A DNA stretch of 48,579 bases from a virus (IMGVR_UViG_3300017544_000275:1-48579), one strand, 5' to 3'; counted from the stretch's first letter, positions 27,246 through 37,577 are shown. The notes: a model not told the origin generated them from the sequence alone. Program-made: numbers and translations.

Positions 27246-27324
27246 GCTTGTCTCCCCAAGTGCCCAAGGCAACAGCTACCATCGCGCGACCCGTGCGGCA
27301 ACTCGCCACCGAAACGGATGCAAT

Positions 27325-28380
27325 ATGCCCCGACGATCAGACCGAGATCTCGTCGATGGGCTTCTTGCTACTCAGGAAGAATCCGTTCGGGCCGCCTTCA
27401 TCGAGGCCATCACGGACATCGTGAACACCGTCGTGCTCAAGATCATCGTCGAGCGACTGGAGCGCGGCGATATCGAGGGCGCATTGCAGGCCCTCCAACT
27501 GGACGCTGCCGCATTCTCCAAGTTCGAACTGCGGCTGGCCGATGCCTACAATTCGGGCGGCCTAGCCACCGTCGGGAACATGCCGAAGGTCACAGACCCG
27601 CAAGGTCACCGCGTCGTCTTCCGCTTCTCTGTTCGGAATCCGGCCGCTGAGGCTTGGTTGCGAGACCACTCCTCGAAGCTGGTGACGCGGATTGTCGAGG
27701 ATCAGCGCGTTGCGATCCGCCTGGCACTGACGGAGGGCTTGGAGCGAGGGCAGAACCCACGCACGACGGCCCTTGAGGTCGTCGGCCGTGTCAATCGCGC
27801 TACGGGGCGGCGCGAGGGCGGGATCGTTGGTCTGACGGCGGCCCAGGAGCGCTATGTCACGCGCGCTCGCCAGGAGTTGCTTTCCGGCGATCCTACACAG
27901 CTTCGGGCCTACCTTGATCGCGAGCGCCGCGACAAGCGCTTCGACCGGACCGTGCTCGCCGCCATAAGGACCGGCAAGCCGATGCCCGCCGATGTGGTCT
28001 CGCGGATGGTCGGCCGATATGCCGATCGCCTGCTCGACCTGCGCGGCGAGATGCTGGCGCGGACGGAGACGATGATCGCGCTCGGCAAGAGCCGTGATGA
28101 TGCGATCCGGCAGCAGATCGAGGCCGGCAAGATCCGCGAGGAGGACGTCACCAAGATCTGGCGATCGGCCGGGGACAATCGCGTCCGGCACACGCACCGC
28201 AGTCTGAACGGGAAGAGCGTGGCGCTCGACGGCTCATTTCATTCAGCGTCGGGCGCGGTGCTGCGGTATCCAGGTGATCCGCAGGCGCCGATTTCTGAGA
28301 TCTCCGGTTGTCGGTGTCGGGTCGAGTACAAGATCGACTATTTCGCGGCCGTGGTTGAGCGCTTCCGGGAGAACGCTTGA
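27325..28380 (+). CDS. Minor head morphogenesis protein (Mu gpF/SPP1 gp7-like)
   Basis: LARTET; K.W.SAGD.RVR.TH..LNG; LRYPGDP....E..GCRC. Confidence 0.85.
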   Translation: MPRRSDRDLVDGLLATQEESVRAAFIEAITDIVNTVVLKIIVERLERGDIEGALQALQLDAAAFSKFELRLADAYNSGGLATVGNMPKVTDPQGHRVVFRFSVRNPAAEAWLRDHSSKLVTRIVEDQRVAIRLALTEGLERGQNPRTTALEVVGRVNRATGRREGGIVGLTAAQERYVTRARQELLSGDPTQLRAYLDRERRDKRFDRTVLAAIRTGKPMPADVVSRMVGRYADRLLDLRGEMLARTETMIALGKSRDDAIRQQIEAGKIREEDVTKIWRSAGDNRVRHTHRSLNGKSVALDGSFHSASGAVLRYPGDPQAPISEISGCRCRVEYKIDYFAAVVERFRENA

Positions 28381-28826
28381 TGGCGAACCTCTCCTTTGCG
28401 GCGCAGGTCGAGGACTGGGTCCGGAAGGTCGAGGGAGCGGAGGAGCGCGTCTTCAAGGAGGCATCGCAGGAGCTCGTCAGCCGCGCGCAGGCAACACGAG
28501 CCGAGGGCGGGCGGATGCGGGTCGACACCGGGTTTCTGCGAGCGTCGCTGATGGCCTCAACCACCTCTATGCCCCCGATTCGCTCAAGTGCAAAGCCGCT
28601 TCCGGGTCAGGCCTACGCTTACGATGCCGGCGCGATCGAAGCTGTCATCGCCGGGGCTGATCTCGGGGACACGATCTATCTCGGCTACACGGCCGCCTAT
28701 GCGGCTTATCGGGAGTACGGCGCGCGCGGGCAGGGGCCGGACGCCTTCGTGCGGACAGCCGCGCAGCAGTGGCCCCAGATTGTCGACGAGAAGGTCGCGG
28801 AGCTTAAGCGGCGTCTGGGCCTCTGA
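28380..28826 (+). CDS. HK97 gp10-like tail completion protein
   Basis: RVDTGFLRAS; YA.Y.EYG; FVR.AAQQW. Confidence 0.8.
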   Translation: MANLSFAAQVEDWVRKVEGAEERVFKEASQELVSRAQATRAEGGRMRVDTGFLRASLMASTTSMPPIRSSAKPLPGQAYAYDAGAIEAVIAGADLGDTIYLGYTAAYAAYREYGARGQGPDAFVRTAAQQWPQIVDEKVAELKRRLGL

Positions 28827-29010
28827 CGCCCTCGATCTGATCCTCGCCCTTCTCGGAGGCTACCAGGAGAGCCAGCGCCAAGCCTGAGAGCGCCTGCCGA
28901 GCGGCCTTCAACGCTGTGTCCGCGCGGACGGACCCGCCGGGTGCGTTGCCGAGGGCTCGGCGCGCCTCCGTCAGAAGATCATGGGCCTGATTGTCGCTGA
29001 GCGGCTTCAT
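28804..29010 (-). CDS. 68-aa hypothetical antisense gene
   Basis: Fills a 200-bp gap in an otherwise tight operon; no clear RBS. Confidence 0.4.
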   Translation of the reverse strand: MKPLSDNQAHDLLTEARRALGNAPGGSVRADTALKAARQALSGLALALLVASEKGEDQIEGVRGPDAA

Positions 29011-29030
29011 CAGCCAAGGAATATCGCGGA

Positions 29031-29444
29031 ATGCCGACCACGGAAAGCACGATCGAGAGCGCGCTGTTCTCGCGAATGGCGGCGTTCGAGGCGTCGCCCG
29101 CGCTACAGGTCGCCTGGCCGAACGTCAGCTTCCAGAAGCCGGCCGGCGGGTATCTGCGGGTGACGCATATCCCGAATGCCAGCCGTCGGGTGTTTCTCGC
29201 TTCGAACGCCCCGCATCAGCGGCTCGGCCTGCTCCAGGTCGATGTGTTCGTGCCGAAGAACCAGGGCGCATCCGGCGCGACGGAGATTGCCGGGCAGGTC
29301 GCGCAGCATTTCCCGGCTGACCTGCCACTGCGGGCTGACGGGCTCACGTTGAGGGTCGCCAAGGCACCGGATATCGGCCCCGCCCTCGCCGACGACACGC
29401 ACTGGCAGGTCCCGGTGACCATTCGATACGAGGCATTCGCCTGA
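29031..29444 (+). CDS. Tail terminator (DUF4128-like)
   Basis: VAWPNV.F; GLLQVDVF.P..G; PVTI.Y. Confidence 0.8.
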   Translation: MPTTESTIESALFSRMAAFEASPALQVAWPNVSFQKPAGGYLRVTHIPNASRRVFLASNAPHQRLGLLQVDVFVPKNQGASGATEIAGQVAQHFPADLPLRADGLTLRVAKAPDIGPALADDTHWQVPVTIRYEAFA

Positions 29445-29469
29445 TCTTCCCGGCTTGACCGGGCAATTC

Positions 29470-29495
29470 GCCCTCGCCACGGCGGGGCTTTTCTC
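29470..29495 (+). terminator. Intrinsic terminator-like hairpin
   Basis: GCCCTCGCC-AC-GGCGGGGC-TTTT. Confidence 0.6.
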
Positions 29496-29518
29496 TCTGC
29501 CATGAAAGGAGAACCGAC

Positions 29519-30256
29519 GTGGCGAACACGAACAAGGGCCGCAAGGTCTACATCTGCACCACGCCGCAGCCGGCCAATCTCGACCAGAGCCAGTTCGAGG
29601 CCCTGACGTGGGTCGAGGTCGGCAATGTCGGCTCCGTCGGCGAGTCCGGCATGAACACCAACGTCGTCAGCTATGACGAGCTCGCGACCGAGGTCACGCA
29701 GAAGCAGAAGGGCATTTCGAACGCCGGCGATCCGACGATCGAATGCGCCCGCAACCCGACCGACGTCGGCCAGGTCGCGCTCCGCGCCGCGGCGGCGACC
29801 AAGTTCTTCTATGCGTTCAAGTTCGAGGATCTCGACGCCCCGGACGCGAACCACACCAACACGGTCTACTACAACCGCGGCCTCGTCGCGGGCCCGACGC
29901 GGCCGAATGGCCGGAACGAGGACTTCATCCTCGAAGTGTTCACGCTCGGTCTGGTCCAGCGCGAGATCGTGGTGAACCCGCAATCGCTCGTCGCCCCGGT
30001 GAACACGCTCCTGCCGTCGATCGCTGGCGTTCTGACCCAGGGCTCGACGCTCACCGCCATTCCTGGCCGGTGGTCGGGTGAACCGGCGTTCACCTACCAG
30101 TGGAAGCGCGACGGCGCGAACATCTCCGGCGCCACCGGCGCGACCTACACTCTGGCGGCTCTGGATGCCACAGAGTCGATCGAGGTCGCTGTCACAGGCA
30201 CGAATAGCGCCGGGAGCGCCACCGCGACCTCTGCCGCCACGGCTGCCGTGACCTAA
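29519..30256 (+). CDS. Major tail tube protein with C-terminal Ig-like domain
   Basis: K.KG..NAGD; D.GQ.ALRAA; C-terminal PVNT.LPSI.G...TYQWKRDG. Confidence 0.85.
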   Translation: MANTNKGRKVYICTTPQPANLDQSQFEALTWVEVGNVGSVGESGMNTNVVSYDELATEVTQKQKGISNAGDPTIECARNPTDVGQVALRAAAATKFFYAFKFEDLDAPDANHTNTVYYNRGLVAGPTRPNGRNEDFILEVFTLGLVQREIVVNPQSLVAPVNTLLPSIAGVLTQGSTLTAIPGRWSGEPAFTYQWKRDGANISGATGATYTLAALDATESIEVAVTGTNSAGSATATSAATAAVT

Positions 30257-30301
30257 GCGGGTCCGCATGGCCCGCTATCCCCTCCAATTGGAAGACGATC
30301 T

Positions 30302-30724
30302 ATGGACATTCTGGCTATCCAGCCGACCACGATCACCGTCGACATCAAGCACCCGGCGACCGGCGCGTCGATCGGCCTGCAGATCGAGTGCGTCAGCCTC
30401 GAGGACGACCGAGTGAAGGCCGTCGAGCGGGCCATTAAGAACCGCGCCCTCCGCAGCGGCAGGAATACGGTCACCGCCGAGAAGATCGAAGACAACACCG
30501 TCGAGCTACTGACTGCCGCTGTCGTCGGCTGGAAGTGGGAAAAGCCTTTGCTCTCCCCAGCCAAGGGGAAGAAGGAGGCAGTCTACGGCGAGCAGCCCGA
30601 TCTGGATGGTGACCCCAACCCGCCGCTCTCGAAGATCAACGTCGGCAAGCTCCTTGCCGTCGGCTGGGTCGCCAAGCAGGTCGACACCGCGCTCGGAGAC
30701 GAGGCCGGTTTTTTCTCGAGCTAG
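30302..30724 (+). CDS. Tail assembly chaperone (gpG-like)
   Basis: Between tube and tape measure; slippery site near its end. Confidence 0.8.
   Translation: MDILAIQPTTITVDIKHPATGASIGLQIECVSLEDDRVKAVERAIKNRALRSGRNTVTAEKIEDNTVELLTAAVVGWKWEKPLLSPAKGKKEAVYGEQPDLDGDPNPPLSKINVGKLLAVGWVAKQVDTALGDEAGFFSS
30709..30715 (+). other. Programmed -1 frameshift site T TTT TTC
   Basis: A -1 shift at GGT TTT TTC reads CTC GAG CTA GGC... in frame into ORF 30754-31089. Confidence 0.8.
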
Positions 30725-30753
30725 GCCGGCAACTGGCGGGCCACATCGGCGAG

Positions 30754-31089
30754 GTGGTCCGGCAGAACTTCGTCGACGAGAACGGCGAGACCCGGCGGCA
30801 GCGTCTGGAACGGTTCGGATTGGCCGTCCCGGAGATCGAACCGCTTCCTGATGAGGTTGCCCATTTGCCGGAGTGGTTCTGGGATCTCAACTCCTGCCGG
30901 GCCTCGGGCCTGAATGGTCCGCAGCCCCTCTCCATGACCGAGATCTCCAACTGGATCGCCCTCACAGGGACAGTCGTCCGGAGGGAGGAGATCGCGGTCA
31001 TCCGTGAAATGGACGCCGCCTATCTCGCTGCCGTCGCGCGCGAGCAGGAAGAGATGGCCGAACGAACGCGGCCGCGAAAGGGATCGTGA
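30754..31089 (+). CDS. gpT-like frameshift extension of the tail chaperone
   Basis: WFWDL...R..G..P.PLS..EI..W motif. Confidence 0.8.
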   Translation: MVRQNFVDENGETRRQRLERFGLAVPEIEPLPDEVAHLPEWFWDLNSCRASGLNGPQPLSMTEISNWIALTGTVVRREEIAVIREMDAAYLAAVAREQEEMAERTRPRKGS

Positions 31090-31090
31090 C

Positions 31091-33403
31091 ATGGCCGATA
31101 TCGCGACGCTCGGCTTGGCCGTGGACAGCTCCGGCGTCCAGAAGGGCGCAAAGGATCTCGATCAGCTCGTCAACGCCGCTCGTCGCGCCCAGGTGGCCAA
31201 TGATGGCCTTTCCTCGTCCGCCAAGAACGCGAGCGCGGCCGCCGTTGCTGCAGCCCGCGCGAGCTACCAGGAAGCCGCGGCGAAGACTGCGGCCGCGCGA
31301 GCCTCGGAGACGGCATCCCGCGCCGACGTGCAGGCAGCAATGGCTGCGCAGCGCGTCGCAAAGGCTGCGATGGAGTCTGCCAAGGCCGATCATGCCCGCA
31401 CGTCCGCTGCACATGCAGCGGCAACTGCCGCCAACAGGGACGCCGCAGCCGCGCTCAAGGCCGCAGCTGCGCACGATGCGGAAGCTGCGGCAGCACAGAA
31501 GGCCGCGAGTGCTCTGAACCTCCACGCACGCGCCGCGAACGACAATGTGGCCATGGCCGGGAAGTTCAACACGGCCAACATCGCCGCGCAGTTCCAGGAC
31601 ATCGCTGTGTCCGCCCAGATGGGCATGGGCGCAATGCAGATCGGCCTGCAGCAGGGCACGCAGCTCGCGGCGGTCATCTCAACGATGGACAAGCCGCTAC
31701 ACGGCCTGGCGGCTGCTTTCGCCTCTGTGTTCTCGCCCGTCAGCCTGTTGGTGATCAGCCTGACGGCGCTCGCGGCTGCGGGGCTGCAGATGGTGGACTG
31801 GGCCCAGCTTGGTTCGTCCGTGCTCCGCGCGTTGGCCGGCGCCATCCAGCCGATCGCACCCTACGCGGCGGCCGCGGCGGCGGGTCTGGCGCTGATGTAC
31901 GCCCCATCGATCATTGGCGGGATCGTGTCGCTCATCGGACTGATGGCGCGCTTGGCGGTCACGGCGGTAACGGCGGCTGCGGCGATGGCTGCTGCAAACC
32001 CCGGCGCGGCAATCGTCCTTGGCATTGTCGCTGCGGTCGCCGCTGCCAACGTCTTCCGCGACGAGCTGACACGGATCTTCGGCGTCGACATCGTTGGCAT
32101 AGCCAAGACGGCCGCCAACTACGTCCTGAACTCGTTCACGGCGGCCTATGAGGACCTGAAGTTCATCTGGAGCAACTTCGGCGACATCATGGGCTCGGCG
32201 GTGATCGGGGGCGTCAATCTGGCGATCGATGCGATCAACAGCCTGATCTCGGGCGCGGGCGCCGGCATCGATTGGCTGATCGACAAGATCAATGCGATCC
32301 CAGGTGTCGACGTCGCGAAGGTCGGGGACAGCATGCAACTGGACCGGTTGGCGAACCCGGCAGCGGATCGGCTGGCTTCGTCCAACTCTGCTCACCGCGC
32401 CAACATCGAAGGTATCATGTCGCGAGACACGCTGGGCAGCTTCGGTGCTGGCATTGCGGCCGGAGCTTCCGCTGCTTCGGCCAAGCTCAAGGAGCTCGCT
32501 GCAGGGCTCACGGCCGTCGACGAGAAGACGAAGAAGCGGCGCGGAAAGACCGACGGCGAGAAGTTCGAGGACATCGTCCGCGATGCCGACGCACGGATCG
32601 CGTCACTGCGCGCGGAGCAGGCGGGCCTCGGCCTGACGGCAGAAGCCGCCGCATCTCTGCGGTACGAGCAGGAGCTTCTCAATCGGGCCACGCAGGCCGG
32701 GCTGTCGCTCGATCCGGCTCAGGTCTCGATCCTGAAGGAGAAGGCGGCAGCAATGGCCTCTCTCGAGGCGGAGACGAGCCGCCTACGGGACGCCTATGAC
32801 TTCGCGAAGGGCACGTTCCAAGGTTTTTTCCAGGACATTCGGTTCGGCATCGCCGACGGCAAAGGCCTCTGGGGCTCGCTCGCCGACGCAGCGAGCAACG
32901 CACTCGACCGCATCAGCCAGAAGCTTGTCGATATGGCCACAGACCAGCTGTTCAACAGCCTCTGGGGCAACCTGTCGGGCGTGATCGGCGGCGCGTTCGG
33001 CGGCGGGATGATGGGCACCGGCGGCCTGTTCGCCAACGGCGCAGCCTTCTCCGGCGGGAATGTGGTGCCTTTCGCCAGCGGCGGCGTCGTCAGTCGTGCC
33101 ACCACGTTTCCGATGGCGAGCGGCCGGACGGGCGTTATGGGGGAGGCCGGCCCGGAGGCTATCATGCCGCTGCGCCGGCTGCCGGGGGGGCGTCTGGGCG
33201 TCGAAAGTGCGGGGGGCGGGCAGGGCGGCAACGTCATCACCTTCTCACCGCGCACGACGATCACGGTGCAGGGCAATGCCGGTGAGGACACGCTCGCCAA
33301 GCTGAAGGCCGAACTCGACAAGCGCGATCGGGCGCTGAAGGAGCAGATCCCGAGCCTCGTCACGAAGGCCCAGGTCCGCGGCCACTTCCAGGGGCGCGGC
33401 TGA
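31091..33403 (+). CDS. Tail tape measure protein
   Basis: MADIATLGLAVDS; Ala-rich; NIAAQFQDI...LQQGTQ; C-terminal FA.GGVV...GEAGPEAIMPL. Confidence 0.93.
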   Translation: MADIATLGLAVDSSGVQKGAKDLDQLVNAARRAQVANDGLSSSAKNASAAAVAAARASYQEAAAKTAAARASETASRADVQAAMAAQRVAKAAMESAKADHARTSAAHAAATAANRDAAAALKAAAAHDAEAAAAQKAASALNLHARAANDNVAMAGKFNTANIAAQFQDIAVSAQMGMGAMQIGLQQGTQLAAVISTMDKPLHGLAAAFASVFSPVSLLVISLTALAAAGLQMVDWAQLGSSVLRALAGAIQPIAPYAAAAAAGLALMYAPSIIGGIVSLIGLMARLAVTAVTAAAAMAAANPGAAIVLGIVAAVAAANVFRDELTRIFGVDIVGIAKTAANYVLNSFTAAYEDLKFIWSNFGDIMGSAVIGGVNLAIDAINSLISGAGAGIDWLIDKINAIPGVDVAKVGDSMQLDRLANPAADRLASSNSAHRANIEGIMSRDTLGSFGAGIAAGASAASAKLKELAAGLTAVDEKTKKRRGKTDGEKFEDIVRDADARIASLRAEQAGLGLTAEAAASLRYEQELLNRATQAGLSLDPAQVSILKEKAAAMASLEAETSRLRDAYDFAKGTFQGFFQDIRFGIADGKGLWGSLADAASNALDRISQKLVDMATDQLFNSLWGNLSGVIGGAFGGGMMGTGGLFANGAAFSGGNVVPFASGGVVSRATTFPMASGRTGVMGEAGPEAIMPLRRLPGGRLGVESAGGGQGGNVITFSPRTTITVQGNAGEDTLAKLKAELDKRDRALKEQIPSLVTKAQVRGHFQGRG

Positions 33404-34029
33404 TGGTGAACACGGACCTTATGGCCGCGCTCGTCGTCGGCAGCGTCAAGTTCCGCCTCGACTATGGACAGGAGACCTCCGGCCTCGCCGGCGGCTCCAT
33501 CCAGGTCGCGGATCTGCGCTCGCCTCTTTGGCGCATGGATGCGGACTGCTCGACGTTGACGCTCGATCAGTTGCTCGAGATCGAGACGCTGATCGATGTT
33601 CTCGGCGGTTCGCGTGGCAGCTTCCATGCCTGGGACCCACGTCGGCCGTTCCCGAAGCTCGACCCGGCCGGCGACTTGCTCGGTGTCAGCGCGGTCAAGA
33701 TCAACTCCCTGCCGTCCGACAATCGCAGCCTGTCGCTGAAGGGCCTGCCGGCTGGCTACGTGCTGTCGCGTGGCGATCCGCTCGCCTTCGATTTCGGGGG
33801 CGGCCGGCGCGCGCTGCACCGGGTCGCCTCGGTCAGCGTCGCGGCCGACGGCGCCGGTGTGACGCCAGCATTCGAGGTTGTGCCGAATATCCGCTCCGGC
33901 GCGGCGACAAATGCCGATGTTTTCCTGAAGCGGCCGGCGGCCGAGATGAAGCTCGTGCCGGGTTCCTTCGTGGGTGACGCCGAGGGCATGCTGGGCAGCA
34001 TTCCCCTGCAAGCGGTGCAGGTGGTCTGA
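33403..34029 (+). CDS. Distal tail protein
   Basis: Directly after tape measure gene. Confidence 0.65.
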   Translation: MVNTDLMAALVVGSVKFRLDYGQETSGLAGGSIQVADLRSPLWRMDADCSTLTLDQLLEIETLIDVLGGSRGSFHAWDPRRPFPKLDPAGDLLGVSAVKINSLPSDNRSLSLKGLPAGYVLSRGDPLAFDFGGGRRALHRVASVSVAADGAGVTPAFEVVPNIRSGAATNADVFLKRPAAEMKLVPGSFVGDAEGMLGSIPLQAVQVV

Positions 34030-34661
34030 TGCGTGACGTTGATCCCGCCGAACTCGCTGCCATCCAGGCCGGCACCGTCGTCGCGCGCACTCTGGTCACG
34101 ATCATCGTCAAGGACAGGCTGACCGGCAATCCCGTCTCACTGGGGTTCTGGAGCGATGCCGGGCCGGAGAGCCTCGCCGTCATCAATCCGCGCACCGGCG
34201 CGACCGAGATGCGCGCCTTTACGGGCGACGCGCTGATCAGTGTCGGCGACATCCCGCTGATCTCCGATATTTCGGTGCGCGAGGTCGAGGTGGTGCTGTC
34301 GGCGATCGATGACACTGTGCAGAGCGCGGTGCGGACCTATGACGCCCGCAACGCACCGGTCGAGATCCACCGGGTCTATCTCGACCCGGTGACCATGAAC
34401 CAGGTCGCGCCGGCCCGCTGCCGGTTCCTCGGCCAGGTCGACACGGCGCCGATCGAGACGGCGGCCGAGGGTGGCGCATCGACGGTAACGCTCTCATGCA
34501 CCTCCACGACGCAGGAACTGCGCCGGCGCAATCCGGATGTCGGCTCGCATGAGAGCCAGATCCTGCGCAGCTCGACCGACGACTTCGAGCGCGACGCCGG
34601 CGTCGTCGGTGAGTGGATGCTGTTCTGGGGCAAGAAGCAGGAGAGGGCAGGGCAGCGATGA
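34029..34661 (+). CDS. Tail tip/baseplate hub protein
   Basis: Position; gpL-like role inferred. Confidence 0.6.
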   Translation: MRDVDPAELAAIQAGTVVARTLVTIIVKDRLTGNPVSLGFWSDAGPESLAVINPRTGATEMRAFTGDALISVGDIPLISDISVREVEVVLSAIDDTVQSAVRTYDARNAPVEIHRVYLDPVTMNQVAPARCRFLGQVDTAPIETAAEGGASTVTLSCTSTTQELRRRNPDVGSHESQILRSSTDDFERDAGVVGEWMLFWGKKQERAGQR

Positions 34662-35074
34662 GCGCGATCCAGCGGCGCCCGGAATGGCGGGTTGCCTTGC
34701 ACGAGGTGATCGAGACGACTCGGCGCGAACCCTTCCGCTGGGGCGAGCGCGACTGCGCTCTCTTCGTCGCCGACTGCGTCCAGGCCATGACCGGCGTCGA
34801 TCTCGGCTTCGGCTTCCGTGGTGCCTATGACGATGCCGCCGGCGCCGTGAAGGCCGTTCGCCGGGCCGGGTTTGAAAGCCTGCCGGCGGTCGCCGCCAAC
34901 TTCTTCGAGGAGATCCACCCGATCCGTGCCGGTGTCGGCGACATCGCGGCGATCGAGACGGCCGAGGGCTGGTCGCTCGGCATCTATGGCGGGCCGCGCG
35001 TGACGGTGCTCCGCCCCGACGGTCTCGGCAGCATCGACCGCGCCATGGTGACGAAGGCCTTCCGGGTTCCCTGA
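34658..35074 (+). CDS. NlpC/P60-like tail assembly protein
   Basis: PF.WG..DCALF.AD.V.AMTG.D. Confidence 0.75.
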   Translation: MSAIQRRPEWRVALHEVIETTRREPFRWGERDCALFVADCVQAMTGVDLGFGFRGAYDDAAGAVKAVRRAGFESLPAVAANFFEEIHPIRAGVGDIAAIETAEGWSLGIYGGPRVTVLRPDGLGSIDRAMVTKAFRVP

Positions 35075-35075
35075 C

Positions 35076-37577
35076 ATGCAGTTCATCGCCGTGATCCTTG
35101 TCGCGCTGGCGCTCCTCGCCGGCGCGATCCAGCCTGCCGAGGCGCTGCCGATCGGCGCCGCCATTGCCGGTTTCATCGGCCTGACCGGCACCTTCGCGAG
35201 CGTCGTCGCCGCGGGCATCAATCTCGCCGTCGGGGTTGGCTTCTCCTACCTGTCGCAGACGCTGCTCGGGAAGAAGCCGCAGCAGGGTGTCGGCGGCGTG
35301 TCCGGGAAGCTGCAGAGCGGCGGCGCTCTCCCGCGTTTCTTTATCCTCGGCCGCGCCATGACGGGCGGCCAGCTCCGCTATGGCGGCACCTGGGGCGAAG
35401 TCGACAACACGCCGAATGCCTTCTTGTCGATGGTGATCAAGCTCTCAGACCTGCCGGTTCAGGGCCTGGCCGAGATCTGGGTTGGCGGCGAGAAGGTGAC
35501 CTGGAACCCTTCGGCCACGCCGTCGGGCAACGGTATCGCGATCCCGCAATATCGCCACGATAACAAGGACCATCTCTGGGTCCGATTCTACGATGGGCGG
35601 CAGACGACGGCCGACGCACTGATGGTGTCGAAGTTCGCGGGCTCGGCGCATCCCTACCTGCCGACCCGCGTTGGCGTTGGCATCGCCTATGTCGTCATGA
35701 CCGCGCGGCTCAATGACAAGCTCTGGTCCGGCCTGCCGCAATACAAGTTCGTCGTTGATGGCATCCCGCTGTATGACTGGCGCGCCGACAGTTCGGCCGG
35801 CGGCGAAGGTCCGCAGCGCTGGACCGATCCCGCGACCTGGACCGGCTCGCCCGATAATCCAGTCGTGCTCGCCTACAACATCATTCGCGGCATCCGCTTC
35901 GCGGGCAAATGGTTCTTCGGCGGCCAGACCGTGTCGGCGGCTCAGCTGCCGCTTTCAACCTGGACCGCAGCTGCCAACGAATGCGACCAGATGGTGCCGG
36001 CGATCGGCGCAGGCACAGAGAAGCAGTTTCGGGCCGCCGGAGAGATCTCGCTCGAGGCGCTGCCGGCCGATGTGCTCGCCGAGCTGATGAAGGCCTGCAA
36101 CGGGCGTCTTGCGGAGGTCGGCGGCGTCTACAAGCCGCATGTCGGTGCCGCAGGTTCCGCCATCTTCGCCTTCACCGATGCCGATATCCTGTCGACGGAC
36201 AAGCAGACACTCGATCCGTTCCCGTCGCTCGACCAGGCCGTCAATGCGGTGACGGCGAAGTATATCGAGCCCGGCGAGGGCTGGGTGCAGAAGGACGCGC
36301 CCCCGCTCTACTCGCTGACGCTCGAAGCGGATGATGGTGGTCGGCGCCAGGCGGTCGACGTCGACTATGCACTCGTCTTCTCGGGCACGCAGGTACAACG
36401 GCTGATGCTGGCCGCGCGAAATGAGGCAAGGCGCTTCCGTCGGCACAACCTGCCCATGCCGGCCTACTGCTCGATCTTCGAGCCGAACGACTTCGTGACC
36501 TGGTCCTCGACCCGCAACGGCTATGTGATGAAGGCATGGCGCGTCGACGCCGTGCAGGATCTTGCCAACCTGAACAGCGGCTGGACGCTGACCGAGGTCG
36601 ATCCGAGCGACTATACGCCAGGCGCGCTCACGCCGATCGTCATCGCGCCGACCGTCAACCTGCCCCCGGCGGCGCAGCCGATCATTGACTGGTCAGCGAC
36701 GGCCGTGACGATCAACGGCGATGAAGGGCGCCAGCGAGCCGGTATCCGCCTCGCCTGGGATCCGAATGTCGACGACGTCGATGGCGTTCAGTTCGAGGTG
36801 CGGCTTGCTGTCGACGGGACGATGGTGCTGCAGAGCGAGACCGACCGATATGACGTCGGCTCGATCCTGATCTCGCAGAACCTCCTCGGCCTGACCCAGT
36901 ACCAGGCCCGCGGCCGCTACCGTCCCGCCTCGCCGCGCGACACGGCCTGGTCGGGCTGGCTCAACATCCTGACGCCCGACATCTCCGAGGGCCTGACACA
37001 GCAGCAGGCCTATGAGCTGTCGCTGATGACGAACGACGCGGCCGGCTCGATGCAGGCCTATCGCGACGAGCTTGAGGCGTTGATCGAGCGGGTCGCGCAG
37101 GATGCCGCCGAGACGGCCGGTCGATCCGTCCTGCAGCGCGCGGCGATCCGGGGGAGCCTCACGGCCGCGATCCAGCAGGTCACCGAGGCCTATATCGCCG
37201 GGGATACCGCTGTTGCCTCACAGGTGACGGCGATCGAGGTGAAGGCAGATCAGGCGACGGCGGGCGGCTTCGTGAAGTTCGAGGCGACCGCGGCGCCGGG
37301 TGGTGTCGATGCCCGGTTCCAGATCTACCTGAACGCCGGTGTTCCCGGCACACCGGACTGGAAGGATGCGGGCTTCATGCTCGACATCGTCGACGGGCAG
37401 GCGCGCTGCTTCATCAAGGTGGATCAGCTCGTTATCGGCGACGCGACGACCGGCGTGATCCCTTTCTCGGTTTCCGGCGGCAGGGTCTACATGCGTGAGC
37501 TGACCGTCCAGTCGTCGAATGATGTCGTGAAGCTCGAACTCGACAACGATGCGCTGATCTTCTCGGAGCCCGGATGA
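35076..37577 (+). CDS. Central tail tip/host specificity protein (gpJ-like)
   Basis: 833 aa; YDWR.DS..GG.G.QR...P.TW; FN3-like region and coiled coil. Confidence 0.85.
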   Translation: MQFIAVILVALALLAGAIQPAEALPIGAAIAGFIGLTGTFASVVAAGINLAVGVGFSYLSQTLLGKKPQQGVGGVSGKLQSGGALPRFFILGRAMTGGQLRYGGTWGEVDNTPNAFLSMVIKLSDLPVQGLAEIWVGGEKVTWNPSATPSGNGIAIPQYRHDNKDHLWVRFYDGRQTTADALMVSKFAGSAHPYLPTRVGVGIAYVVMTARLNDKLWSGLPQYKFVVDGIPLYDWRADSSAGGEGPQRWTDPATWTGSPDNPVVLAYNIIRGIRFAGKWFFGGQTVSAAQLPLSTWTAAANECDQMVPAIGAGTEKQFRAAGEISLEALPADVLAELMKACNGRLAEVGGVYKPHVGAAGSAIFAFTDADILSTDKQTLDPFPSLDQAVNAVTAKYIEPGEGWVQKDAPPLYSLTLEADDGGRRQAVDVDYALVFSGTQVQRLMLAARNEARRFRRHNLPMPAYCSIFEPNDFVTWSSTRNGYVMKAWRVDAVQDLANLNSGWTLTEVDPSDYTPGALTPIVIAPTVNLPPAAQPIIDWSATAVTINGDEGRQRAGIRLAWDPNVDDVDGVQFEVRLAVDGTMVLQSETDRYDVGSILISQNLLGLTQYQARGRYRPASPRDTAWSGWLNILTPDISEGLTQQQAYELSLMTNDAAGSMQAYRDELEALIERVAQDAAETAGRSVLQRAAIRGSLTAAIQQVTEAYIAGDTAVASQVTAIEVKADQATAGGFVKFEATAAPGGVDARFQIYLNAGVPGTPDWKDAGFMLDIVDGQARCFIKVDQLVIGDATTGVIPFSVSGGRVYMRELTVQSSNDVVKLELDNDALIFSEPG

